64,000 bases of DNA from Anaerolineaceae bacterium (GCA_050013615.1 JBEKEX010000002.1:8661-72660), one strand, 5' to 3'; positions 19,226 to 28,385 are shown, counted from the stretch's first letter. Notes: generated from the sequence alone by a model not told the origin. Numbers and translations: made by a program.

Positions 19226-21853
19226 ATGTTGCCAAAAGAAATAAACCAATTAACCAAAGAAGAACTCCTAGGAAACTTCTGGGATTATGTAAAACGCTCC
19301 ATAGAACTCAATGGTGAGAAAATATTTATTGCTACCAAAACGGGCTCTACCACCTATAAAGAAGCAAATCAACGAGCCAATGCCATTTATCAGGTAATTA
19401 AAGAGAATATAGAAACGACTGGGATAGGAATTGGACTATTTATGAAAGACCCCCATCAAATCATTCCGGCTATGATGGGCGTTTTAAAATCCGGAAATTA
19501 TTTCATCCCATTGGATGTAACCTTCCCCCAATCCACGTTGCTAGACATGATCAAAGTTGCTGAGATCAAAGTTGTCTTGACCGTCAGTGAATTAAAAAAC
19601 CAGATTCGTTCTCACCTAGGAGAAAATATCCCGATCCTCAACATCGATACATATCCTAACATAGATGAAATCGAAGATCCCGTCGTCCATTACACGCCGG
19701 AAGACATTGTTCAAATATTGTTTACCTCTGGATCAACGGGAAAACCTAAAGGAGCAATCGAGGATTACCGTTATTTAACTCGCGCCGTTTTTATAAAACT
19801 TTCTTCTTACGAATATGCGCAGGACGAACGACTTTTACAAACATCCAAGTTCACTTTCGCCGGGCCGCATTGCATCGCCTTCACTGCACTCATTAACGGG
19901 ATCACCTTATGTTATTACAGTGTTTCAGAAGAGGGAATTGCCGGATTGCCGGATTGGATCCGGCAACAGCAAATTACTTCCTACTCAACGACCCCAACAG
20001 TATTTCGAAGTCTCGTCAGCATTTTGAAGCCTGATGACATTTTTCCCTCCATCCGATATACCAGTTTTGGGGGCGAGAAGAGATTTGGCAACGACATCAA
20101 GGCGATTAAAAAATATTTCCCCAACGTAGAAAAGATACGTTTGGGGTTCAATTCCACTGAAACCCAAGCGGTTGCTGCGACCATCTACCCGGCCAATTAT
20201 GGTTTTGATCAGAATCAACTTCCTAGCGGCAAACCCTACAAAGATCTCCACGTTTTCATCTGGGATAAGGAAGGCCATGCTTTGCCCAAAGGACAAGAAG
20301 GAGAAATCGTGGTCCACGGAGACTTCATGGCGCGTGGGTATATCAATAATCCCAATTTGACCATGGAAAAGTTTATTCCTGATGCCAGTCATCCCGGCTG
20401 GCAATTCTACAAAACCGGCGACCTGGGGAAATTGCTGCCAGATGGTCAACTGGTGCACCTGGGCCGGATGGATAATATGGTCAAGATTAGGGGAATGCGC
20501 GTCGAACTTGACAGCATCGAAAACCACTTGCTATCATACCCTGGCATCAGCGAGGTTGCCTCGAAGGCAATTGAGGATTTAAAGGGCAATAAAAGGTTGG
20601 TCACTTATTTTGTGTCGAAAGAAGATACTCAAATCCCCATCCCGGATTTACGCAGATACCTGGCAGGACGATTACCGGCGCATTCGCTCCCCCACTACTT
20701 AATCAACCTGAAAATATTTCCCCGTACCGGCAATAATAAAATCGCCTACGACCAATTGCCGCCGCCTGAAATGATCCGTCCCAACCTGGCCAATGAGCTT
20801 GTCCCTCCCGCCGATGAACTGGAAGATAAATTACTGGAACTTTGGGAAGATCAATTGGGGATTAAAGGAATCGGCGTCACCGATGATTTTTTTGAGGTCG
20901 GCGGCGACTCACTGATGGGCGCTCTTTTGTTCGCCGCGGTCGAAGAAACCTTGGGAAGAAATTTGCCGGTCACCGTCTTGCTAAAGGCCCCTACCATTCG
21001 CGAGCAAGCAGCCTGGATCCGAAACAAAGATTCAGCCCAAGATACCCCCTCGATCATACCCGTCAGAACAAGCGGAGATCGTCCGCCCCTGTTTTTTATT
21101 CCTGGAAAAGGTGGCTATCCCACGCGCATACGTCATCTGGCCAAGAAACTGGACGAACGAATACCGATCTATGCCTGTCAGGATTTGATGGAAAATGAGA
21201 ATGGCAATTCTTTTCACTCGGTAGAATCTATGGCAGCCCGTTATTTGAGAGAAATGGAAGAGCTATATCTTCATGGCCCATACATCCTGGTTGGCGAGTC
21301 TGTGGGAGGGAAAATTGCTTACGAAGTTGCTCAAAACTTGCTCAGCAGAGGCGAACAAGCACCCATCTTAATCTTGTTGGACACCTATAATTTTGACGAT
21401 TCAGCCATAGAAGATTTTCGTAACGATCAAAACAGCTATTACAGGATGCTGGTTAATAAACACCTTTCCATTTTGCTCCGATCGAATTGGCAAGGAAAGC
21501 TGGACTACCTACAGTTCTATAGAAAAACATTCATCCAAAAAGCCAGGCGCTTTATAGGCCGTCGTATAAACAGAAAACGACAAAGCACAAGCACTGCACT
21601 ACCAGAAAACATCCGTAGAATCGAAAAGGCAAACCGCATAGCCGCACAAGTTTACGAGACAAAACCCTATCCAGGGAAGATAGTCTTGATCAAAGCGCTG
21701 CGAGGACCCAAAGCGAACGAGACGTCGAATGGGTGGGATAAAGTTCAATTGGGTGAACTGGTTGTCCACAAAATAGATTGTTACCATGGAAGTATACTAT
21801 TCGAACCCGCCGTCAGCCAGGTTGCAGGTATAATTCAAGGACTCCTCGAATAA
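19226..21853 (+). CDS. Stand-alone NRPS-like synthetase (A-T-TE), copy 2
   Basis: The motifs are ILFTSGSTGKPKGA, GEIVVHGDFMARGYIN, YKTGDLG, GRMDNMVKIRGMRVELDSIE, PCP FFEVGGDSLMG, and TE PLFFIPGKGG / GESVGGKIA / CYHGS. It is collinear with copy 1. I prefer the ATG at 19226 over the track start at 19199, which sits inside the hairpin. Confidence 0.85.
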   Translation: MLPKEINQLTKEELLGNFWDYVKRSIELNGEKIFIATKTGSTTYKEANQRANAIYQVIKENIETTGIGIGLFMKDPHQIIPAMMGVLKSGNYFIPLDVTFPQSTLLDMIKVAEIKVVLTVSELKNQIRSHLGENIPILNIDTYPNIDEIEDPVVHYTPEDIVQILFTSGSTGKPKGAIEDYRYLTRAVFIKLSSYEYAQDERLLQTSKFTFAGPHCIAFTALINGITLCYYSVSEEGIAGLPDWIRQQQITSYSTTPTVFRSLVSILKPDDIFPSIRYTSFGGEKRFGNDIKAIKKYFPNVEKIRLGFNSTETQAVAATIYPANYGFDQNQLPSGKPYKDLHVFIWDKEGHALPKGQEGEIVVHGDFMARGYINNPNLTMEKFIPDASHPGWQFYKTGDLGKLLPDGQLVHLGRMDNMVKIRGMRVELDSIENHLLSYPGISEVASKAIEDLKGNKRLVTYFVSKEDTQIPIPDLRRYLAGRLPAHSLPHYLINLKIFPRTGNNKIAYDQLPPPEMIRPNLANELVPPADELEDKLLELWEDQLGIKGIGVTDDFFEVGGDSLMGALLFAAVEETLGRNLPVTVLLKAPTIREQAAWIRNKDSAQDTPSIIPVRTSGDRPPLFFIPGKGGYPTRIRHLAKKLDERIPIYACQDLMENENGNSFHSVESMAARYLREMEELYLHGPYILVGESVGGKIAYEVAQNLLSRGEQAPILILLDTYNFDDSAIEDFRNDQNSYYRMLVNKHLSILLRSNWQGKLDYLQFYRKTFIQKARRFIGRRINRKRQSTSTALPENIRRIEKANRIAAQVYETKPYPGKIVLIKALRGPKANETSNGWDKVQLGELVVHKIDCYHGSILFEPAVSQVAGIIQGLLE

Positions 21854-21877
21854 AGTATCAACGAGAACAATAGATCA

Positions 21878-22645
21878 ATGACGATTATCTTCAACAATAT
21901 CAGCAAAAAGTTTGCCAAAAATACAGACCACGAAGTTGAAGCCCTTGATAAGGTCGATTTTACAATCGAGGAGCATGAATTTGTTGCTATTGTAGGCCCC
22001 AGCGGTTGTGGAAAGACCACCTTGCTGCGAATTGCAGCAGGGTTGATCAAGCAGGATACAGGCCAAATCATCTACCGTGGTATCAAAAACCCCAAAGCGA
22101 TCCTGGTATTCCAGGATAAGGGGTTGCTCCCCTGGCTGACCGTATTGGATAACATTTGTCTTGGCCTGGAACTGCAAGGGGTCCCCAAGGCCATTCGTGA
22201 AAAACGCGCACTTGATTTTATGAAACTGGTCAAGCTGGGCGGTTTCGAAAAAAACTATCCTCATGAACTATCAGGGGGCATGCAGCAACGAGTAGCCCTG
22301 GCGCGCGCTTTCCTCACCAATCCAGACGTATTGCTCATGGATGAGCCCTTTGGAGCGCTGGATGCCCAAACGCGGACCATTCTTCAAGAAGAATTGTTGA
22401 ACCTCTGGTTTAGGGAACGCAAAACGGTCCTGTTCGTAACGCATGACATCGACGAAGCCATTCTATTGAGCGACCGTATCATCGTGCTCAGTGACCGGCC
22501 CGGTAAGATACAACAAACGATCGTCGTACCCATGAGTCGCCCCCGCGACCTGAAATCAAAGGACGACCCAAGGTTCCTTGAGATACGTTCGCAGATATGG
22601 AGTTTGCTGGAGCAAGAAGTACGCAAAGAATTGGAATTGATTTGA
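21878..22645 (+). CDS. ABC transporter ATP-binding protein, NitT/TauT (SsuB/TauB-like) family
   Basis: It has Walker A GPSGCGKTT, the signature LSGGMQQRVALARA and Walker B LLMDEPFGALD. Confidence 0.85.
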   Translation: MTIIFNNISKKFAKNTDHEVEALDKVDFTIEEHEFVAIVGPSGCGKTTLLRIAAGLIKQDTGQIIYRGIKNPKAILVFQDKGLLPWLTVLDNICLGLELQGVPKAIREKRALDFMKLVKLGGFEKNYPHELSGGMQQRVALARAFLTNPDVLLMDEPFGALDAQTRTILQEELLNLWFRERKTVLFVTHDIDEAILLSDRIIVLSDRPGKIQQTIVVPMSRPRDLKSKDDPRFLEIRSQIWSLLEQEVRKELELI

Positions 22646-22652
22646 GATTCGT

Positions 22653-23432
22653 ATGCAAAAGAATACCAAGTATACCCGCGAACATCTGATCACTTTTGGT
22701 TTGGTTTTTGGGTTTCTTGCGATTTGGGAAATTTGTGCCCGGACCGGTAAGATTTCTGCACTCATTTTCCCACCCCCCACGGTGATCATCCAATCATTTT
22801 TTATTGATCTGGTACATGGCGTATATACGAAGGATACGCTTATCTCCTTATCCAGGATGTTCATCGGCATTATCATCGGCGGCGGAATTGGCCTGATCTT
22901 GGGATTGATCATGGGATGGTCAAAGCCCATACGAGCAACCCTTGATCCCATTATCTCTGCATTGCTCCCCATTCCCAAGCTAACCCTCCTGCCCATGGCT
23001 CTGATCATCTTCGGGCTGGGAGAGACATCGCGCACCGTAATGGTCAGCATCAGCGCATTTTTTCCAATGCTCATTAATGCCATGGTTGGGGTAGCGCAAA
23101 TCAACCCGAACTATTATGAAGTCATTGAAAACTACGGTGCATCTCCCTTTGATATATTTCGAAAAGTCGTCCTTCCAGGAAGTATGCCGTTCGTTTTGAG
23201 TGGATTCCGTTTATCCTTCCAGGCTGCATTAATGATCACCGTTGGAGTCGAGATGATGTGGGGTAACGATGGCCTGGGATCTGTTTTGTGGCTGGCATGG
23301 GAAACCATGCGAATGACAAATTTGTACGCAGTTTTAATTATCATCTCAATCATTGGCGTTGGGTTCAATTGGCTGTTGGAATACTTGCAAGCCGTTCTAC
23401 TCCCTTGGCATCACGAAAACCGCCCCTCCTGA
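22653..23432 (+). CDS. ABC transporter permease, SsuC/TauC-like (binding-protein-dependent inner membrane component)
   Basis: It is a 259-aa polytopic protein. It directly follows the ATPase with a 7-nt gap. Confidence 0.75.
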   Translation: MQKNTKYTREHLITFGLVFGFLAIWEICARTGKISALIFPPPTVIIQSFFIDLVHGVYTKDTLISLSRMFIGIIIGGGIGLILGLIMGWSKPIRATLDPIISALLPIPKLTLLPMALIIFGLGETSRTVMVSISAFFPMLINAMVGVAQINPNYYEVIENYGASPFDIFRKVVLPGSMPFVLSGFRLSFQAALMITVGVEMMWGNDGLGSVLWLAWETMRMTNLYAVLIIISIIGVGFNWLLEYLQAVLLPWHHENRPS

Positions 23433-23450
23433 GGGGCGGTTTGTTTTTTT
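23419..23450 (+). terminator. Intrinsic terminator after the ABC importer operon
   Basis: The stem accgcccctc / gaggggcggt overlaps the stop codon and is followed by ttgttttttt. Confidence 0.75.
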
Positions 23451-23555
23451 AACCCATCGAATTCTTTCTGATCTTATGGGTGCATACGCCCATTATTGGG
23501 GGCTCAAGCTTCCCCATTTCCACAAATAGACTTTGCCCACAAGTCTATATCGATT

Positions 23556-24692
23556 TCAATCTTGGCCTGCAATAACTTCACGAAAAACGAACTCGTAGCT
23601 ATCTACTACCGCTTTTATATCAAACCGACTGGCGTGTTCCAGGCTGTTCTTGCGGGCCTTTAGGAGAGTCTGGTGGTCAGACAGAAATCGGCGTAATGCG
23701 CCAGAAAGTGCATTTCGATCACCCGGTTCTGCAAGATAGCCGTTAAAGTTTTGTTCCACCAGGTCCGAAAACCCTCCCACATTGTTTGCCACGATAGCCA
23801 ATCCGCAAGCCAGCGCTTGAATCCCGACCATTGGCAATCCTTCGGACAAAGAAGGCATGAAAAGGATATCGCTCTGTTCTAAATAGTGTTGCGCTTCGTC
23901 CTGTGTGGCCCAACCAGTCAATGTGAATCGATCTTTCAAGCTCAATTCATCGATGCGACCCTGAATCTCCCTGCGAAGCGGCCCATCTCCTACCAACATG
24001 CAACGCCATGGCACATCGCGCACCAAATTCAAAACCTCTACCAGTTCCATGAGATTCTTTTGCTGCACAAACCGTCCAACAAATATGACAGCCGGCGGCT
24101 CATGGATTGATAATTGCCCGGTCCCAATGGCCTTGATATCCAAACCGTTGGGGATTATCTGGGGAGTTATCCCATACTGCTTATAGGTCAGTGAAGCCGT
24201 GAATGAACTGACCGCCGTACTGCGGGCAGCGTGTTTCCAAATAGACGCCGTCAACAGATAGACCCAACGAAACCACCTATCGGTCTTTTCGGGCACCCCA
24301 CCGGGCACATCGCCCAGGTGTGCGGTGAGCACGTATGGTATTCCGGTCATTCGATGGAGAACCCAGGCAACCGCCCCACCTGGAACAGCAAAGTGCACAT
24401 GGATCAGGTCGGGACGCCAATCACGGACGATCTTATAGCCCGCGTTAATGGCAGAAATGACGAACAAACCCATCGTCAGGAAGCCAGCTTTATAGGGTTG
24501 TTTCCTAAAAGAAGGCAGGCGGATCAGCCGAACATTGTTAATGAGCTCTTCTCTGGGGAGCCCCTTCAAATGCGCGGTGAGAACGGTGATTTCATGCCCC
24601 CTGCGTGCCAGTTCATTTACAATTGCCTGGCACGACTGCCCCCCTCCACCACCTATGGGAGGATATTCATGGTTGATAACCAGGATGCGCAT
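23556..24692 (-). CDS. Glycosyltransferase family 4 (GT-B fold)
   Basis: It has MRILVINHEYPPIGGGGGQ at the N-terminus and a C-terminal PSLSEGLPMVGIQALACGLAIVANNVGG region (EX7E-like). Confidence 0.8.
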   Translation of the reverse strand: MRILVINHEYPPIGGGGGQSCQAIVNELARRGHEITVLTAHLKGLPREELINNVRLIRLPSFRKQPYKAGFLTMGLFVISAINAGYKIVRDWRPDLIHVHFAVPGGAVAWVLHRMTGIPYVLTAHLGDVPGGVPEKTDRWFRWVYLLTASIWKHAARSTAVSSFTASLTYKQYGITPQIIPNGLDIKAIGTGQLSIHEPPAVIFVGRFVQQKNLMELVEVLNLVRDVPWRCMLVGDGPLRREIQGRIDELSLKDRFTLTGWATQDEAQHYLEQSDILFMPSLSEGLPMVGIQALACGLAIVANNVGGFSDLVEQNFNGYLAEPGDRNALSGALRRFLSDHQTLLKARKNSLEHASRFDIKAVVDSYEFVFREVIAGQD

Positions 24693-24698
24693 GTGTTG

Positions 24699-25667
24699 TT
24701 ATTTCTTGGTTTTATCGTTGACCACGGTGCGAACCGTATAAATGGATTTTCCTTGCGCTTCATGATAAGTACGGATCAGCAACTCGGCTATCAAGCCCAT
24801 CAGCAGGGATTGAAAGCCAAGGATGAAAACGACAATGCTGATCTGGAAAAGGGGTGATTCCAAGATCGATGTAAAAAGCAGGAATTTTCGCACCACCAGA
24901 AATGCGAACACGACCAGGCTAGACGCCATTAATCCCAATCCCACACCGCCAAACAGCCGCATCGGTTTCGCAGAATAGCTCATCAGAAATTTGACCGTGA
25001 ACAAATCAAGGACAACTTTAACCGCCCGGTCGAGACCATAATTGCTTTTCCCATGTTTTCGGGGATTGTGGTGGACCACCACCTCGGTTACTTTAGCGCC
25101 GGCAGCTTCAGCATAGACCGGGATGAAGCGATGCATTTCCCCATAAAGATGGAACGAGCCCAAGAACTCACGACGATAAGCCTTAAGGGTACAGCCATAA
25201 TCATGTAAATGAAGGCCCGTCACCCATGAAATGAGCCCGTTGGCGAGATTGGAGGGAAGCGTACGTGTCAGATAGTTATCTTTGCGGTCCTTGCGCCATC
25301 CGCTGACGACATCGTAGCCTTCATCCAACTTTGCCAGGAGAAGTGGAATATCCGCCGGGTCATTCTGCAGATCGGCATCCAATAAGATGACGATATCACC
25401 TTGGGCGCGATCGATCCCAGCAGCGATGGCTGCAGTCTGTCCATAATTACGCCTTAGCTCTACCACCCGGATATGGGCTTGATCTTCCTGTTCGAAGCCT
25501 TTCAATATTTCCACGCTATGATCGATGCTACCATCATCGACAAATATGATCTCCCAATCGAGTTTCAACGGTTCGATAGACTTCCTTACCGCATCGCTCA
25601 AAGGGACCAAATTCTGCTCTTCGTTATAGACGGGAATAATTAGGGTTAAGTCCATTGAACCGTTCAC
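24699..25667 (-). CDS. GT2 polyprenyl-phosphate glycosyltransferase (GtrB/ArnC/DPM1-like) with a C-terminal membrane anchor
   Basis: It contains IIPVYNEEQNL, IIFVDDGSIDHS and the DxD motif LLDADLQNDP. There are two C-terminal hydrophobic helices. Confidence 0.8.
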   Translation of the reverse strand: MNGSMDLTLIIPVYNEEQNLVPLSDAVRKSIEPLKLDWEIIFVDDGSIDHSVEILKGFEQEDQAHIRVVELRRNYGQTAAIAAGIDRAQGDIVILLDADLQNDPADIPLLLAKLDEGYDVVSGWRKDRKDNYLTRTLPSNLANGLISWVTGLHLHDYGCTLKAYRREFLGSFHLYGEMHRFIPVYAEAAGAKVTEVVVHHNPRKHGKSNYGLDRAVKVVLDLFTVKFLMSYSAKPMRLFGGVGLGLMASSLVVFAFLVVRKFLLFTSILESPLFQISIVVFILGFQSLLMGLIAELLIRTYHEAQGKSIYTVRTVVNDKTKK

Positions 25668-25865
25668 CGATATTGAGCAATCGGCCTTTCTGGATAAAAT
25701 GAAATAATGTCATTGCTTTGAGACCCAGCCGCAATACCAAACTCAATCATCATTATATACAATATTACTGATCATGTGCGTTTACTTACTGGTTTTCTTC
25801 GAAAAATTGCGAATATCAACAAATTCAGGCACAACCAAATACCTGCGATCGTTTTGTGTTGGTGA

Positions 25866-27722
25866 TCACGGTTTCTTGTAATATACGTCCACGTAATCAG
25901 GCACCGGGCACGAGAACTCATCAGGCGGGAACTGCAACAGGTCGTATTTTTCAGGAGAGAAGAAACCATTCCACGAATCGATCCGATTCCCACTGATGAT
26001 AAAAACGTCAGCCTGGTCACGCCAGGTGAACGCAATTTCATCGCTCCAAAGGCCGCGTTCCAGCAGACTATTTGCGTCGCCACTTGATTTACGAGAATAT
26101 GATCCATTCACTTGCGGGGGAAGGATCACATAATTGTTTGCATATAACAGCGGGATGGCAGTGATCGTGCCATCCAGATAGACTTTCCCTCCACTGGGAA
26201 TGATCTGGGAGACTTGCGTGCCGATCTGTTGGAAGGAATCGACCACGTTGCTATTACATAAGGGATCAGAAATTGGCCAAGACATCAGCGGGGTCAATAA
26301 AAATCCAATGGCAAGGAATACCATTGCCGAAAAATAAGCAAAACTGAAATTCTTCTTATGAAGATATTTCTGAAACACCAAAAACAAAACCAAAAACAAC
26401 AGTACACCGACCAATAGCCCCACAACGGCAGGGACGTATTGGCGTGCATCCGCATAAACCACATGATACTTATTATTGATCAGGTGCCAAAGCGTAGTCC
26501 AACCAGGTGCTAGCCAACCGTTTTGGACGCGAGGAACAGGCAAATTCAATAGCCAGGCGCCAATTTGTTCGGACCATGAATAGAATACTGCAGAACTGAC
26601 CATGATCAGTCCGGTAATGATTGCAAGTCTCGAAAACCACGAAGGGGTTTTATTTAAAGCTCCCAACGTGATCACCACCAAAAGCAACCCAACATCACCC
26701 CAAAACGCGAAATAGTTTGTAAAACAATAAACGCAATATACATCCCCCAGTGATGCCCATGCATGGGTGATCAGTAAAATAAAAAATGATACGGCCAAGA
26801 ATACGGCAGCACGGAAAAGGGAGCGTGAAGGCCAGGCTTCTTTTTTGGGCCAGAGGAAGAGGACAAGAATACTGCCAATGAAAGGCACAAAATGGTTGCG
26901 GATCGTCAACGCCAGGCTGTTGATGCGCGAGGAAAGGGATATTGTGGAATTTCCAGCCCCGGCCGCAGTCGCGGTGGTTTGTTGCAAGCCCAAAATTGAA
27001 TTGAAAGGCAGCCACTTAAGCCATAATTGCATGATATCCGGCCAATAAATAAGATGCCCGATGATCAGAACAATGCTGAAAGCGGCCAATGCAAAAAAAC
27101 CTTTCCGTTTTCCATGTTCCCAGAATATATACAAGATCAATAACGGGGGAACGAATATCATATTCTCCCGCGTCAATACAATGATCCCCGCCAGTAGAGA
27201 ACCCAGGATAATTTGCCATAGCGGTCGATCCGAACCCAGGGTCAACACAAGTATCCAAACGAGCATGACGATGACCAAAACTTGGGAATTGGCGATACTG
27301 TAAGTGCTGTTCAGGGAAGGATTGAGTGCCAACACCCAGACCGCCAGAGCAGCCAGCCAACAATTGCTCAACCGCCGGGCAATGATCCATGTTCCGATCA
27401 CAGAGAGAATGCTGAATAACACTGCGAAAAAACGCGGCGCTTGCAAGCCGGCCCCGAACAGTACCTGTATCCATCCCCAAATTAAGAAGGACAGATACAT
27501 CTTGTTCATCCAAAAACCATATGACTGGAAAGGAACGTAAACCCCCTTGGCAAAGAGCAGACCCTTCAGCAGGTAAGACCCTTCGTCAATATTGGGCATC
27601 CGAATATGCGAAAAAATAACCGCTTGCACCGCATAAAGGACCAGCCCGGCTAAAGCAATTATTTCTGGAATTGGAAGGCGTTGAATTATCCCCGACCGCT
27701 TATTAACGTGAGTTTCGACCAT
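25866..27722 (-). CDS. GT-C fold membrane glycosyltransferase (ArnT/PMT, GT39/GT83-like)
   Basis: At 618 aa it has more than 10 hydrophobic segments. The first loop carries an acidic DE motif (MPNIDEGSYLLKG). It has a soluble C-terminal domain. Confidence 0.65.
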   Translation of the reverse strand: MVETHVNKRSGIIQRLPIPEIIALAGLVLYAVQAVIFSHIRMPNIDEGSYLLKGLLFAKGVYVPFQSYGFWMNKMYLSFLIWGWIQVLFGAGLQAPRFFAVLFSILSVIGTWIIARRLSNCWLAALAVWVLALNPSLNSTYSIANSQVLVIVMLVWILVLTLGSDRPLWQIILGSLLAGIIVLTRENMIFVPPLLILYIFWEHGKRKGFFALAAFSIVLIIGHLIYWPDIMQLWLKWLPFNSILGLQQTTATAAGAGNSTISLSSRINSLALTIRNHFVPFIGSILVLFLWPKKEAWPSRSLFRAAVFLAVSFFILLITHAWASLGDVYCVYCFTNYFAFWGDVGLLLVVITLGALNKTPSWFSRLAIITGLIMVSSAVFYSWSEQIGAWLLNLPVPRVQNGWLAPGWTTLWHLINNKYHVVYADARQYVPAVVGLLVGVLLFLVLFLVFQKYLHKKNFSFAYFSAMVFLAIGFLLTPLMSWPISDPLCNSNVVDSFQQIGTQVSQIIPSGGKVYLDGTITAIPLLYANNYVILPPQVNGSYSRKSSGDANSLLERGLWSDEIAFTWRDQADVFIISGNRIDSWNGFFSPEKYDLLQFPPDEFSCPVPDYVDVYYKKP

Positions 27723-28001
27723 GCCCCACCTGTAAAACGAAAAAAGAAAGCATCTGAAGAGTCATGTGGAATAAACCTCATCACTGGTTTGGCTGTTTGC
27801 AAACACATTTATATCAACAACGGGGATTAACTGCAAGGAATCTCGTAATAGGTGTTGTTATTGACCAAAAGATAGCTTTCTGCCCATTGTTTTCAAATTC
27901 TATCGATTTCCTTAGTTTCCCTATACTTTAAATTAGATTAATATTTACCGTTTGGGAAAGATGAATTATTATTTGACAAACCTCACTTCCGGAAGTAAAA
28001 G

Positions 28002-28058
28002 ACGCTGCCGCTCAACTACCAGGCGCTGCGCGAAGGCGCAAAGTTTGTGGTCAACTAG
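28002..28058 (+). pseudogene. Relic of the last 18 codons plus stop of an OFOR gamma-subunit gene
   Basis: It translates to TLPLNYQALREGAKFVVN*. The intact gene ends LLPLNYQALREGAKFVVN*. There is no upstream coding continuation, because an in-frame stop lies at 27996-27998. Confidence 0.8.
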
Positions 28059-28147
28059 CCAATCGCTTCTTTGCCTGGAAGCTTACATTAAAAACTTGGC
28101 TGGCAATAAATGCCGGCCATTTTTGTGTGTAAGTGCTCGCGAAGCTA

Positions 28148-28285
28148 TCAGGAAGATGACCATTCCTGATCGATCAGTACCCAGCCCGACGAATCGGCCA
28201 CCTTCCGCTTCTGAAAATGCCCGCCGCTATCGACGCTCCTTGTGAATACGTCATTGGCCATATCGAGCACTTCCCCCTGCCGCTC
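28148..28285 (-). pseudogene. Relic of the last 45 codons plus stop of a wzt gene
   Basis: It translates to ERQGEVLDMANDVFTRSVDSGGHFQKRKVADSSGWVLIDQEWSSS*. The intact Wzt C-terminus is ERQGEVLDMANDVFTGSVDSGGHFQKQKAADSLGWVLVDQDWSSS*. That is 39 of 45 identical by hand alignment. Similarity stops abruptly upstream. Confidence 0.8.
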
Positions 28286-28385
28286 GAAGTGACTTCTACT
28301 TTGATCTCGGCCAAAGATAAAATCCATTATTTAACAATTCAAGCCACTAATAACAACCTGGCTGAATTAATAAATTTCTGATTTT

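Larger units (their letters stand above)
27999..28287. repeat. Direct repeat copy B, a relic of the same junction
   Basis: Shared blocks such as ccgctcaa(t/c)taccaggcgctgcgcgaaggcgcaaagtttgtggtcaa, tgccggccattttt and gtcattggccatatcgagcacttccccctgccgctcga match 10508-10797. Confidence 0.85.

Noticed and set aside
27952-28245. 97-aa ORF spanning the repeat relic
   Set aside because: It reads out of frame across the relic of the gamma-subunit tail, the terminator hairpin and the antisense of the wzt tail. It is an artefact of the relic, not a gene.
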